Shown here one piece after another: positions 51,530 through 64,000 of a stretch of 64,000 nt of DNA. The notes beneath the pieces were generated by a model. That model saw nothing but the letters and a program-made list of their open reading frames with translations. It had not been told where the DNA came from and made no database searches. Source of the stretch: Mobula hypostoma. Its lineage: Eukaryota. How positions within the stretch are numbered: position 1 is the first letter of the stretch; every line of letters starts with the position of its first letter. The stretch is taken from NCBI RefSeq assembly GCF_963921235.1, contig NC_086097.1:207268001-207332000 (forward strand), written 5' to 3'. The translations under genes and the position numbers were made by a program.

Positions 51530-52170
51530 TTGGCAGCACAGTGCGTGCGGCCACTTCGGTGGTGATGTCTGTTATCTGTCAAGTAGGGGACCATGCACAA
51601 GTCTGATGTGATGGAGACAGACGTGAGAGTACGGAGGAACATCTGGAAACTTCTGAAATGCCCGCTTCGCTGCCTCTGCTACTGTGTGGTAACCGGAATC
51701 TCTGAAGCAAAAGGCCCCGAAATCCTCCGCTTTGCGTGTTTCAGCAGCCGCGGCAAGGTCGAAGGCGCTCGGCAGAGGATGGCGCTCAGGAGGCTGTATC
51801 GGAGAGGCTGGTTGGAAGCTTGAAGTTTTCGGATGGATGGACTCAGTGTCAGCTGCTTCCAAGGCATCGGCAAGTTGACAGTGCCTGGAGGTTTATGGTA
51901 GGGAGTTTCTCCCTTTTGCTGCCTGCTATTGGGGACTCGGGGACTTTTGAGACTTTATTTACCATGCCCATGGTTTGTTCTTCATCAAATTATGGTATTG
52001 TTTTGCACTGCTGTAACTATATGTTATAATTATGTGGTTCTGTCAGTGTTAGTCTTTGGTTTGTCCTGTTTTCTGTGATAGCACTCTGGAAAAATATTGT
52101 ATCATTTCTTAATGCATATATGCATTTCTAAATGACAATAAAAGAGGACTGAGTATTCTCATAATCTATA
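51530..52170 (+). mobile_element. Unclassified ~630-bp non-coding retro-like element, copy B
   Basis: Shares 5' block (gatggagacaga..cggaggaacatctg) and 3' ~200 bp with copy A; ends in a short A run. Confidence 0.6.
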
Positions 52171-53586
52171 AAAAAAATGGTACAGTGAAGCTAGCAAGCA
52201 GTATCGACCAAAACATTCTCAGATTTGATTTTAAAAACAGACTGATAACAGGAAAGTACAATGAAAGCAGTTCTGAACCATGTAAAGAATTTGATTATTT
52301 TGGTTATAGGTGAAAGCTTGTCTAAGTCACCATGAACATTTACAAATGTTTGTATTTCAAGTCTCAGTGAAATCGAGATCTGTACATTTAATATTTATAT
52401 GCAGGGCAAATCTGCTATAGATGACTCAATGCTCAATGTTAACTTCAGCTTTCACAATTTTTTATAAAATGATTAATTTGGAGTATAAACTTGTCTACTC
52501 TTTTAGTAACTGCTTTAAATTTGAACCAGTTTCAAGTTTAAACAAAACATTCCTAAAAGGCTTGTTAGTTTAATAATCTCTAGAATAGTGCGACTCTTCT
52601 CAATTCATAACACAAGTCTTGCTTGCAAATTACACCCTGGAATGAAACACTCCATCTGGTGGTTGAACTGAGAACTGATCAAACTAGCTCATTTAAATCA
52701 CATGCAAATTCAAATGACAGCTGGTACTGGAACTTGAATTCCTGGTTGGATCTTGTTTGGGCACTTACTATTTGAGTATAGCACAACTTTAAATAAATTT
52801 AGAGAGGTTACAAAAATAGAATTACTAAATATAAACACAAACCAGAGAAAAACTGCAGATGCTGGAAATCCAAGCAACAACGCTGGAGGAACTCAACAGA
52901 CCATGTATGGAAAATAGTAAAGTTCGAAATATAAATTTTAGCTGGTGGCTGCAACAACTTCTTATTAACATTAGAAATCCAAGTTTTGCTTACAGCATGC
53001 AATGTGCTCTGCTGGATCAAAGCTGAAAGACTAATATGTAATTTTGTTGAAATACTGGTACACTTAGATGATAACGTTCTTAAAAATCACAAGTGCTTTT
53101 AGTAGAAAAATAAACACTTAAAAATGGGGTAGGGTGGTTTAAAAAAAGCAAAGCTGCTCAACTAGTTCAACAATTGGGAAAAGAAAAATCAATTATGCTT
53201 TTATTCCTACAAACAAATCAAAAACCCATATGATACAGTTGAAATTACTGTAATCTTTTTGTATCCATTTGTTAAAAAAGATTAGATATTTCAAGTCTTC
53301 ATACAAATAAATGCACTCCCAAAAAAGTAACTACAAACTGCTGCTCAAGGTTCCCACATCTTGAGATGCTTTATACCAGTAACTCATCCAGAAATCATGG
53401 ACTGCTGTTAAGCTGGATATTTAAGTGATGCACTCTCATTAAGTACATTATGTTAGGGTTTATTTACTTTTAAATTGTGCCCTCCCTCAAACCCAAAGTT
53501 AGCCTATAAATAATTTTGTTTTATAGAAACTAAACATTTCAATCAATAATGAAGCAGTTTCTCTTTTTTTGCCAAAATATACTTAC

Positions 53587-53645
53587 TCTCGAATGGCTAT
53601 TTTGTCAGAATGTCTGGAAGAAACTGAGGACAAGCTCTGAGACAT
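53587..53645 (-). CDS. RB1CC1: RB1CC1 coding exon, MSQSLSSVSSRHSDKIAIR(D)
   Basis: ttttcag acceptor and gtaagt donor; 59 nt ending in GA, completed to Asp by the first T of the next exon. Confidence 0.95.
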
Positions 53646-55239
53646 CTGAAAAAGCAAAGTCAAACAATTAGCCGAAGAAAACTTCAAATATTTTATAAAA
53701 GTAGTAATAAAACACAAACTTGGTTAACAAATCACAACTCTGATACATGTTTCTCTAAATTTAAAATTAATGTCATTGGATCAGAAGATTTTTGTTGGTA
53801 GCTGATTGCACTACATATATAGTTGAAAATAAGTACAAAGAAAAACTAAAGCACAACTGAACTCACTATACAATGATGGTAGTTTACAGAAAACTTGTAG
53901 AAAGACCCTTATTATTTGGTAGATCAAGAAAACTTGAGTGTTGTACCCAGCATCAAATACTTAATAAAGTTGTGCAGAGCACTTTGAATTGCAGCATTCC
54001 ACTAACAGGCATAAAACTCTTTCTGAGTCATTAGCAAATTAAGAAAATAACAGATAAAAATTATAAAAAGTATAGAAACTTGAATTGTATGTTGCAAAGT
54101 ATATTTTGTTTTAAAATATGATCAGTGTCTTTTATACATGTTAAATTCCACTCTCCAAAAATACTTGTTTCTTTTTCACTACTATATAGGTCAGATTCCT
54201 CTCACTTCTGCAGCTATCTTTTTACATTGAAATGTTTGTTTATGGGATTTATTTTGCACTCATTGAATTTGCTGGCACATCAGCACAACAGCTGGAGATA
54301 ACCTGGCGAAAAACAGCAGCGTGAATGGTAATAGAGGGAGAAAATGTAAATCTACCAGAGCTTGCTTCTGATGATAAATTTTTTGGGAGGATGCGGTGAT
54401 GGAGACAGAAATAGAGCATTACTATTTTACAGGATCTCTCAGCAACCATGCCTTAAGGTCCCTTTTTGAATTATTTTGATCAATCATGTGTGGAACAATT
54501 CCTTAAGCTAATAGGTTGAGGATAAGCTATTTTATAGATCCAAACTTTGCAATTTCACAGCTATTTGAATTTTGGACAAACAGTACTAAGAACTATGGGT
54601 AAAAGTTCTGGGACATCTTTCTGATAGGGTTGAGCTATCAACCCTATAGCTTACAGTAAAAGGTCCTTGCCCATTATCTTTATTTCCCTTGTTTTGAACT
54701 AAGTACAACATAAAAATGCCAGAGGATTATTACACAAATGAATTTTGAATCTGACAAAAGTATGACTGTGCTGCTAATGAATGCAAACTCAAGGTGTTGA
54801 CACATGATCAATTTTTGCAACCTTTTCCTGAGAGTTTAATGCAAAGCTTTCCGCTTTCATATTATTACAACACAAACATTTACAAAGTGGGGTTTAAACC
54901 AAAATCTTATAAGTTTTTCCAAACATAGATTAAAAATATCTTCAAATAATAATACATGCTCCTTTCAAATACTTTCAGTTCAGTCCACAATGAAATTGGA
55001 TACTGCCAGAATTGCTTGACAATGTTCCATTATGTGTATACAACATTGTAAGAGCTACAACAAGCACTATGATGCACTGGCTCAAATCACAAAGACCATG
55101 CACTGTTAGTCACAAATTCTAGTTCAACAGCAGAGCAACGGTCCTCAATTATTTATTAGGAGACACACACACACACCTAAGTGAAAATAAATAAATAAAT
55201 CACTGCTCATCATGGAAACAAGGAAACTGGTAATTTTAA

Positions 55240-55765
55240 CAAATAAACTCTTCTCAGGCTTCCAACTGGGTACGGGTATCGATTTTAACCGACGTTTCGA
55301 TGACAAACTCTGTCACCTTCATCAGGGACGACAGCTGGTCATGTCCAGTCCGGTGGCATTTATACCCTGTCTTCTATCCCTCCTAATTAGTTAGTCCTCA
55401 TCCAATTAGGTTTCCACTGTCCCACCTTGTTTACAATCAAATTGTTCTTATTTAGAGCGAGATCTTCATCTCTATTAAAATTCTTTTCTTCCAGTTTTAT
55501 TTCAATAGATTCCTCCACCAGGCAGTCTCAAAAGCCATTAGCATGGCACAGTAGTCTTGTGCCGAAGTCAATCATATGGCCATCGCAAATGCAATGTTCT
55601 GCTACTGACGATTTCTCCGGGAAACCCATACAAATACACGTCCTGTGCTCCTTGATGAAGATGGCAGAGTTTGTCATTGAAATGTCAGTTAAAGTTGATG
55701 TCTTAACCCGGCTGGAAGCCCAAGAAGAGTTTAATCATCATATACACCAGGAAGACACTAGATTG
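55240..55765 (-). mobile_element. Penelope-like element family 2: GIY-YIG C-terminal remnant with direct and inverted pLTRs
   Basis: Minus-strand remnant EH...SSVAEHC..GHMIDF...ESIEIKLEEKNFNRD; pLTR 55240-55400 and inverted copy 55648-55765; 12-bp TSD tggtaattttaa at 55228-55239 and 55766-55777. Confidence 0.8.
55287..55328 (-). ncRNA. Hammerhead motif of PLE family 2 (long stem II); sense to RB1CC1 pre-mRNA
   Basis: Reverse complement UCC-CUGAUGA-A-GGUGACAG-AGU-UUGUCAUC-GAAA-CG-UC-GGUU; 8-bp stem II, short stem I. Confidence 0.65.
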
Positions 55766-57008
55766 TGGTAATTTTAAGTTAAAAAAAAATCAAAATGATA
55801 CTCAAGGGAAATTTAAACTATTTGCAGGAAAAAAACATTATAAAGCATGCAATACTCCTTAAGTGAACAAACTGGAAAATCAACCATGCATTCCACAGAG
55901 ACAATATTTAAACTTTCCCTTTTGAATGCTCCCCCCACCCCTCAGGCCAATATTCCAAAATAAAAGCATCACAAAGATAATGAACTTCTGTACAAGCAAA
56001 ATAATTCCTGGAGATACATGCATGCTTTTTGAAATCAACACCTTAGATGAATATTCTTGATGAGAAATAGAAACTTCAATTGTTAATTATTTCCAAGTAT
56101 TTCCATACAAATGTTCTTCAAATATTTATTATTATGCCTCCAGTTAAGAAGATGCAGTTAATATTGATATTATTCCCAGCTCAAAGTAAATCAGCAAAAA
56201 TGGCTATCACAATTAAGAACACGTCAATGAAAGTTAAAGCCTTTGGGCTATTATTATAAATGTTATTTTCTTTTGATCTTTTAAAACTGAAGTACACAAA
56301 CTACTGATTCATTACAACAACATAACAGCATATTCTTGCCGATTTCTTTGCTCTGAAAAATTTGTTAGCAATATCGAAATAATTATTTACGAATATACAT
56401 TGACTAATCCTGAATATTCAGAATTCTGAAGTTTAAATAAACATTGGATTACAACATTTCACCGAGTGCCACATGAAGTCCACTAACAGATTTTTGAAAA
56501 ATAATAAACATCTTCCAAAATGGATGTTTCTCAATAATTTATTAATCTTTGTCTGAATATTTAACAATGGTTTGAAGCCAAATGATTGTGAAAAGGATGA
56601 AATGGCAGAACCATTCAAAAAATAAAATGATTAATACGTGCAAGTTTTCTGTATTCCCTCAAAACTGAAACATGCGTATTCAAGATATTCAAGTTAAAAT
56701 TCTCTTACAAAACGCACAAGACATTCCATTTGCTTAGAAAACAAACATTGTTTAACACAAGAAAAACATTTTTACTATTTCACTATTTTAGCATTGCACA
56801 GAACCCTGCATTTCCTGAAGTGAAATAAAGTATTTAAAACTGGATATTGCCACTATATTTTGCACCAATTCCTTCAGTCTCTCCAAGCTTTAACAGTATG
56901 AAAATTAAGGTAAGTTTCTGTACGATTTATTTCAGAATTATTATTCCAACAGTAATAACATGGACCAAATAAACTTCATTTGCTTTGCGGCAAAAACAGA
57001 ATACATAC

Positions 57009-57056
57009 CAATCTTTGATTTAATCGTTTATTCTCCTCTTCTTTCATTTGTAATGT
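57009..57056 (-). CDS. RB1CC1: RB1CC1 (FIP200) internal coding exon, TLQMKEEENKRLNQRL
   Basis: Manual translation; flanked by AG acceptor (57057-58) and GT donor (gtatgt); 48 nt, phase 0/0; matches the recalled vertebrate RB1CC1 sequence TLQLKEEENKRLNQRL. Confidence 0.93.
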
Positions 57057-57684
57057 CTACAAGCAAGCAAAATAAAAAAAACAATCTAATGTTTAAATTC
57101 ATAGCACTATTAAATGCAAAATGAATTGTTATTCAACCAGCTGCCAAGAGAAAAGTACTAGAGAAAATAGATAAAATGTCACCGAGTAGAACCAAAAATG
57201 TTTATAGATAAACATTAATTTTAATTGTTATTAATAATTTTTCATCTTTGTCCTTTCATTATCTGTTGAAGAATCATGAAATTTGTGAGACCATTCCTGG
57301 ACACACATGAGAGCTAACAAACTATGAAGTATGATACAACCAAACATGACAGCAAATTTGTGAAGACGTTCCAAGGTGCCTGTCGAATCAAGTTTATTGA
57401 GGGATGAAGTTGGTCAAAGGAACTTCTGTCTCCTAAACACTTGAACTACTTAGTTTTCTCTTTGTGGGATCTATAGCATGTTAAGATAAAGTATCACTAT
57501 TGTCATTGTTACTAGGAAAAATTGTAATTGATATCCTAATTTTTCTACATACATCATATGGGTCTCATGTCATGCCCTGCACAACTGTAACACTAGACAA
57601 GGACTCAGTGAACAGGAAAGGACCCCACATTATAACAAACACCACCACAATACAAATATCAAAGTATTTCATTGACAATGAAGT

Positions 57685-60240
57685 AGAGAAGAACATGAAA
57701 CAGTATAGGCCCTTTGGCCCATAATGTTGTGCCGATCCCTCTACACACTCAAAGTTCTAACCCTTTCTTCCCACATAACCCTCCATTTTCCAATGTCTAT
57801 GCAAGAGTCTCTTAAGTGTCCGTAATGTAGCTGCATCTACCACTCCCCTGGCAGTGTGTTCTACACACCTACTACATTGTGTAAAAAAAACTAGGTGCCA
57901 CTAATATCCCCTCCCCCAATGCCTTCTTCCAGCACATTAAAGTTATAGTTCTGCCCAGGGAAAAAGTCTCGTCCACTCAATCTATGCTTCTTATCATAAG
58001 ACCTAGGAGCAGAATTAGGCCATTTGGCCCATCAAGTTTGCCTCGCCATTCCATCATGGCTGATTTATCATCCCTCTCAACCTCATTCTCCTGCCTTCTC
58101 CCCATAACCTTTAACACCCAGATAAATCAAGAACCTATTAACCTTTGGCTTACGTATACTCAACAACTTGGACTGCACAGCTATCTGTGGCAAAGAATTC
58201 CACAAATTCACCACCCTCTGACAAAGTGCATGACCATGCACTTTCTGACATTATATTCCAACTCTTTGTCCAGTGTCCACTCTCACCTCTTTTGCTCCTC
58301 ATATCTGAAAAAACTTTGTATCCCCTTATACCATTATTGGCTAGCTTACCTTCACATTTCTTCTTTTCTCTTTTTATTGTTTCTTCAGTTGCCTTCTGTT
58401 GGTTTTTACAAAGTTTCCCAATCCTTTACCTTCACACTAAACTTTGCTATATTATATGCTCCCATTTTCTGTCTTTGACATCCCTTGTCAGCTACAGTTA
58501 TCTCATCCTCCCTTTATAGTACTTCTTCATCTTTGTAATGTATGTATCCTGCGCCTTTTGAATTTTCCCCAGAAATAGCAGTCATCGCTGTTAGTGCCCC
58601 CTTCCAATCAATTTTGGCCAACTCCTTTTTCATGCCAGCAATGTAAAATCATCTGACTCCAGCTTCTCATTCTCATACAGCAGGGTGAATTCTATCATAT
58701 TATGATCATTAGTTCTTTTATCTAAGCTTCCTAATCAGATCTGGGTCATTAGACAATACCCAATTCAGAATTGCTGGTCCCCTAGTGGGCTCAACTACAA
58801 GATATTCTAAAAAGCCACCTTATAGTCAGTCTTCAAATTTTCTCTTGTGATCCATTACTAATAAGAATGTCACCAATCTACTTGCATAATGAAATCCCTC
58901 ATTATTATCGCAACATTGCCCTTTTTACATGCCTTTTCCATCTCCCATTGTAAATTGTAGCAAACATCCTGGCTACTGTTTGGAAGCCTGTACATAACTC
59001 CCATCAGGTTCTTGTTACCCTTGACGTTCAAATCTACCCACAAGGATTCTACATGTCACTTCCTTCCAAGGATCTGATTTCATTTTGTTACCAATACAGT
59101 CACCTCATCCCCTCTGCCTACCTGCCTGTCCTTTTGATCTAAGGTGCATCGTTGGATGTTATGTTCCCAACTATGATCTTCTTTCAGCCATGACTCAGTG
59201 CTGCCCATGTCATACCTGCCAATCTCTAACTGGGTTACAAGATCATCTACCTTATTGCATATACTGCATACATTCAAATATAATACTTTCAATTCTGTAT
59301 TCATCACCCTTTTTTTAATTTTGGCCCTCTGTCACGCTTTAACTTATGCCACTGACTACAAATCTGTCCTGTCTTCTGCATGTCCTTCCTCACAGTCTCA
59401 TTGCACATTGCATCTACTTTTATGCAAACTGCTCATCACTGCAGTTCCCATCCCCCAGCCAAATTAATTTAAACTACCCCCAACCAATATAGCAAACTTG
59501 CCTGCAAAGATATTGGTGTACCTCAGGTTCAGATGTAACCTGTTCTTTTTGTACAGGTCATACCTTCCCTAGAATAGATCGCAATGATTCAGAAATCAGA
59601 AGCTCTGCATCCTTTACCAGTTCCTCAGACACTTATTCATCTGTACCATCATCGTATTCCTATCCTGACTAGGATGTGGCACTGGGAGTAATCCACAGGT
59701 TACTACCTTAGAGGTTATGCTCCTTATCCTCTTCCCCAACTCCATATACTGCTGCACAGGGTTTCTTGCCCCTTTCTAGCTATATCATTGTGCCAATGTG
59801 CACCATGACCCTTCCTCAAGTATATTCTGTAGCTGCTCTGAGACACCCTTGACCCTGGGAGTCAGCACACTATTCTGGCATCTCTTCTGCGGTCACAGAA
59901 TCTCCTGCCTGTCTGTCTAACTAACTAACTATCGAGTCTCCTATCACCATCATTCTACCTGACTTTACCCTTCTCTCCCGAATCCCAAAGCCAGCCACGG
60001 TGCTACTGGCCTGGCTACTCCTGCTGTGCCCTGTCAGATCATCTCCTCCAGCAGCAAACTTGTTGCTGAGGGGAATGGTCACAGGGGACTAAATGCTGCT
60101 TACTTCCCTTACTTCTCCTGGTGGTCACCCATCTACTATCTGAAGCCTGCACTCTGGGTGTGACCACCTCAGTAAAAGTCTCCTCTATGAGGTTTCCAGC
60201 CTCTTGGATTGTCCAGAGTATGGTCGCGGATTATCACTCC
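57685..60240 (-). mobile_element. Decayed CR1 pieces (two 3' ends, then a deleted copy with ORF1 and endonuclease remnants)
   Basis: ORF 59080..59307 LKVLYLNVCSICNKVDDL; homology to 29000-31190 in reverse. Confidence 0.8.
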
Positions 60241-60683
60241 GCGATCTCCAGCTCTGCAGACAAGTCCCAAAAGGTCCAGGTTGCTTTTTAAACGGCGCAT
60301 AAAGTCCACAAGCAACTGGCTCCAACTCACTCCATGATCTCCTGCTCTGCAGATAAGCAATTAAACCCTTAATCATTCAAGGTATGATCCTACTAAGACT
60401 CTGGTTAACATCAGCAACATTTTCCTAATTTTGAACTTCAACCTCTTGCAGTGAAGGCCATTATTCCATTCCTTTCCAAACTGATTACCATTACCAAAAT
60501 AGCATTTGCCACATCAAAGAGAAGGAATAAATTACTTTCCAAATGATGAATAGGAAGTGCTGGGAGTGACAGATCAGAAGAGACATAACAATCCACTTAC
60601 ATGCTACAGGTTCAGAAACTAATTAAGGAAGCTAATGGAATAGTGGTCTTTACATCCAGAAAACCTGAATACAAGTGAGCAAC

Positions 60684-60775
60684 GTCTTGATGAAGGGTCT
60701 CAGCCTGAAACGTGACAGCTCATTTCCTTCTGTAGAAGCTGCCTGACCTGTTGAATTCTTTCAGCATTTTGTATT
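60684..60775 (+). mobile_element. Old PLE pLTR fragment with degenerate hammerhead
   Basis: gtcttgatgaagggtctcagcctgaaacgtgac...gctgcctgacctg. Confidence 0.6.
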
Positions 60776-60949
60776 GAGCAGAAGTTATGCTAGTTATGAA
60801 AAGCTCTGGTAGACAATGCAAAAAGAAGTTTAAAAGAAGTTCTGAGAACCACATCTTACAGGAAAGATGTTGGCTCTAAAACAAATATAGCTTAGATAGA
60901 CCAGAAAGATTCACGGACCCAAAGGGCAAAATTATAAACAGGAATCACA

Positions 60950-62180
60950 GAAACTTCAAAGTTCAAAGTAAATTTATTAAGGTATTTATGTCACCATATG
61001 CTATCCTGAGATTCATTTTCTTGCGGGCATTTACAGTAAATACTACGAAATACAATAGAATCAATGAAAAACTGCATACAAACATGAACAACCAATGTGC
61101 AAAAGGCAACAAATTGCGCAAACAGAAAGATAAATAAATAAATAAATAAATAAATATTGAATACATGAGTTGTAGAGTCCTTGAAAGTGGGTCCATAAGG
61201 TTGTGGAATCAGATCAGTGATGGAGTGAGTATGGTACAGGAGTCTGATGGTGAAGGGGTAATAACTATTCCTGGTCCTAGTGGTGTGGGACCCAAGACTC
61301 CTGTACCTCCATTCTGATGGGAGCAGCAAGAGAGCATGACCTAAATGGTGGGGGCCCCTGATAATAGATACTGTTTTCCTGCAGCATTTCTTGTAGTTGT
61401 GGTCAATGGTGGGAAGAGCTTTACCTGTGGTGGACTGGACTGAATACATAATTTTTTGTAGACTTTTCAGACTATTATGCAACCAGTCAGTATACATTCC
61501 AACTGGCATCTATAAAAGTTTATCAGAGTTTCAGATGACGTGCCAAATCTTCTTTCTAATGGCATGTGCTGGACCCAGAACAGATCTTCAGAAGTAATAA
61601 CACTGATGAATTTAAAGTTGTTGAACTGCTCCACCTCTGATGTTCCTCTGGTTTCCTCCTTCTGTAGTCAACAACTAGCCCTTTAGTTTCGCTGATGTTG
61701 TGTGAGAGGTAGTTGTTGTTGTGGCAGCACCATTCAGCTAGATTTTCAATCTGCCTCCTATATGCTGATTAAGCTTTGCCAGCTTTGATTCAGCTAGGTG
61801 TCATTAGCAAACCTAAACATGGCATTAAAGCAGTACTTAGCCGCACGGTTATAAGTATAAAGAGTAGAGCAAAGGGAAGCACACATCTTTGTGCTATTAG
61901 TGATGGTAGAGGTGTGGCTAATCAGAACTGACTGATGTCTGTAAGTGAGGAAATAGAGGATTCAATTGCACAAAGGGGTTTTGAGGTCGAGGTTTTGGAG
62001 CTTATTGATTAGTTTCGAGGGGATGATGATGTTGAATGCAGAGCTGTAGTCAATGAAGAGCATTCTAATATATATATATATATATATATCTTCACTGTCC
62101 AGATGTTCCAGGGTTGAGTGAAGAGCCAGTGAAATGGCATCTGCTGTTGACCTGTTGTCACAGTAGGCAAATTGAAGCAA
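60950..62180 (-). mobile_element. Decayed Rex1/Babar-like LINE
   Basis: ORF 61962..62180 [13 protein letters not shown]...[13 protein letters not shown]-terminal remnants in ORF 60991..61509; aataaa and tttgaa tail. Confidence 0.8.
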
Positions 62181-64000
62181 AAGTTCAAAGCACCAAATTG
62201 AAGATTAATAATGGATGGATGATTGCTACCCTTGTCGGCAATGCACCAATGCAAAAAAAAACAACAAATAAATAAGTCTGTTTAATCAACCCAACCCTTA
62301 TCCCTTTTTACTATCTAACATTTATGGATTTTAGCATCAGCATAACATGAATGCCATACACTGGGATTTTTCAAGGTTTTCTCACAGCTATCGTTTCATC
62401 TTTGCTACATCACAATCCTCAGCTTAGCTTCAAACAGGTTTGTGAAGAAGCTTTGATTATACACATTACAAGAATTCAACAAGGTCTCTTTCTCCGAGAA
62501 ATTAAAAATCAGTAGTAAATTCTTGCCAGTACCCATATATCTAGTGAATGAATAAACCAATCCTTGAGGTGAAAGGATCAACAAACGTGTAATTTCGAAT
62601 GTTACTTCTGACTGGTAAAACAGTAGTGGAGAATATCAAAATGCTCTTTATTTTTCATATTTCTCATTGTAGCCATTTATTATTCTTAACAACCAAGGCT
62701 AAATTATTCACAAGATGACAGATGCATTTTTATATAATTAAGGCTTTTTTTGTGTAGTCTTTCCAAATAATAGTTCAGCACAGGAATTTTTTGTATTGTT
62801 TTCACACTGAAACCAAATTGAAATGCTCTTAAATACATAAAAAACTAAGCATGCTTTGTAAAAATGTATTCAACATGTCATTAATATATTTTAAAATTCC
62901 ATGTATATTATATTGTTTAAGTTCATATGCTTATGCAGATAATGCGTAAAAGTATGATTCAAAAATCCCAAGTGCAATTTAATTACAGTACCATACTTAC
63001 AATCAAAATGAACAGGAAAATGACAAACAGACTCTGAACTCTTTCCTCCTTTCTTTCTTTGAAGAACCTGGGATACATTTCACCTTGTCCTGGCAATCTT
63101 CAAAGATTTTAGACATAATTTGTTTTAAATTTTAATACTGGCCCTGAAGGCAAGGATAGAACCTTTCCTATTATCTCTATGTTAGAACTAATTTAGGATG
63201 GGTATGTACCAAAACTTTATAGTTTTGTATCCTACTCTGACATGATATGGGTAGCTAAAGGAATTAATCTTTTATTTGTGTGGTACTTTATGCTCTTCAG
63301 AAACTCCAAAGCTCTTCAAATTGACTTATAAACAAAATACTATGAACATATATGGCCAAGTTATGCAACCCAAAATGTGCACAGCAATTCAGTACTTCAA
63401 AATTAGACACCCCAGTCCTTTGGTCCTTTTTTTAAAAAAATATATTTGCTCCTTCAACCAATATTTAAGCATCAGCAAGTCTGGAAAATGCCTATTTTAA
63501 CATCAATGCTTTATTTATTAATATCTTCCAATCATCTATCATTAGAAACAACAGCTCAAAGGGTCAGAAAATTAACAGAAATCCAGATTTCAAAGTTTTG
63601 TGCCCTCTAAGCTCCTGCAGCAGTACATGAATATAATTTTGGAGACACCAATTACAAGCAAAACAAATAGCTAGACTGCATATAAGTAAATGAAATACAT
63701 GCTCAGTAAATTTGTCTTTGCTGATTGAGGTTGAATGATTAACCTGGACACGAGGAAAATAGTGTTTGAATCATAAATAGCATTATACAAGTGAATGGGT
63801 AGGAGGTATTCTCTCATTTTAAAGGTGGCTACGTCCTAGCATGGTCTCAGTACTGCAATACATTCAAGGATGACAGGCTCAAGAGAAGCAAGATTTAAAA
63901 TCAAAACCATGTGATTCTAAGACAAAATACACTATGTTGGCACACAAGTCAGCTGAACACCAGAAGGACCAATTGTTTGAATTGTACTTTGTTCAGTGCC

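Noticed and set aside
54624..54647. Perfect 10-bp hairpin atagggttga-gcta-tcaaccctat
   Set aside because: Isolated, no recognisable RNA family context; plausible by chance or as a repeat remnant
63001..63067. Possible additional RB1CC1 exon on the minus strand (cag...gtaagt, 67 nt)
   Set aside because: Translation (FFKERKEERVQSLFVIFLFILI) does not resemble the expected upstream RB1CC1 sequence and the polypyrimidine tract is weak; the preceding exon probably lies outside the window
1..64000. CRISPR array, operon or other prokaryotic/viral system
   Set aside because: The sequence is spliceosomal-intron-containing vertebrate DNA; repeats are dispersed, not regularly spaced repeat-spacer arrays

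Overview
Vertebrate genomic DNA; the repeat content suggests a cartilaginous fish, probably a ray (inference, not proven). The only host gene is the 3' end of RB1CC1/FIP200 on the minus strand: five GT-AG exons (57056-57009, 53645-53587, 43491-43364, 26127-26057, 18647-18564) that splice in frame to the end of the coiled coil and the C-terminal Claw domain, followed by an AT-rich 3'UTR. Most of the rest is transposon-derived: many CR1 LINEs (two young same-subfamily copies), Rex1/Babar-like LINEs, Tc1-type DNA transposons, an internally deleted Gypsy-like LTR element and tRNA-derived SINEs. The most notable content is two distinct families of Penelope-like elements (RT + GIY-YIG). Their terminal repeats carry minimal hammerhead-ribozyme motifs (CUGANGA...GAAA-CG-UC). 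They are inserted as TSD-flanked inverted or fold-back structures, with the full 3' tail consistently on only one arm. Most short ORFs in the supplied track are spurious readings of these repeats. Repeat boundaries are approximate unless a TSD or TIR is quoted.
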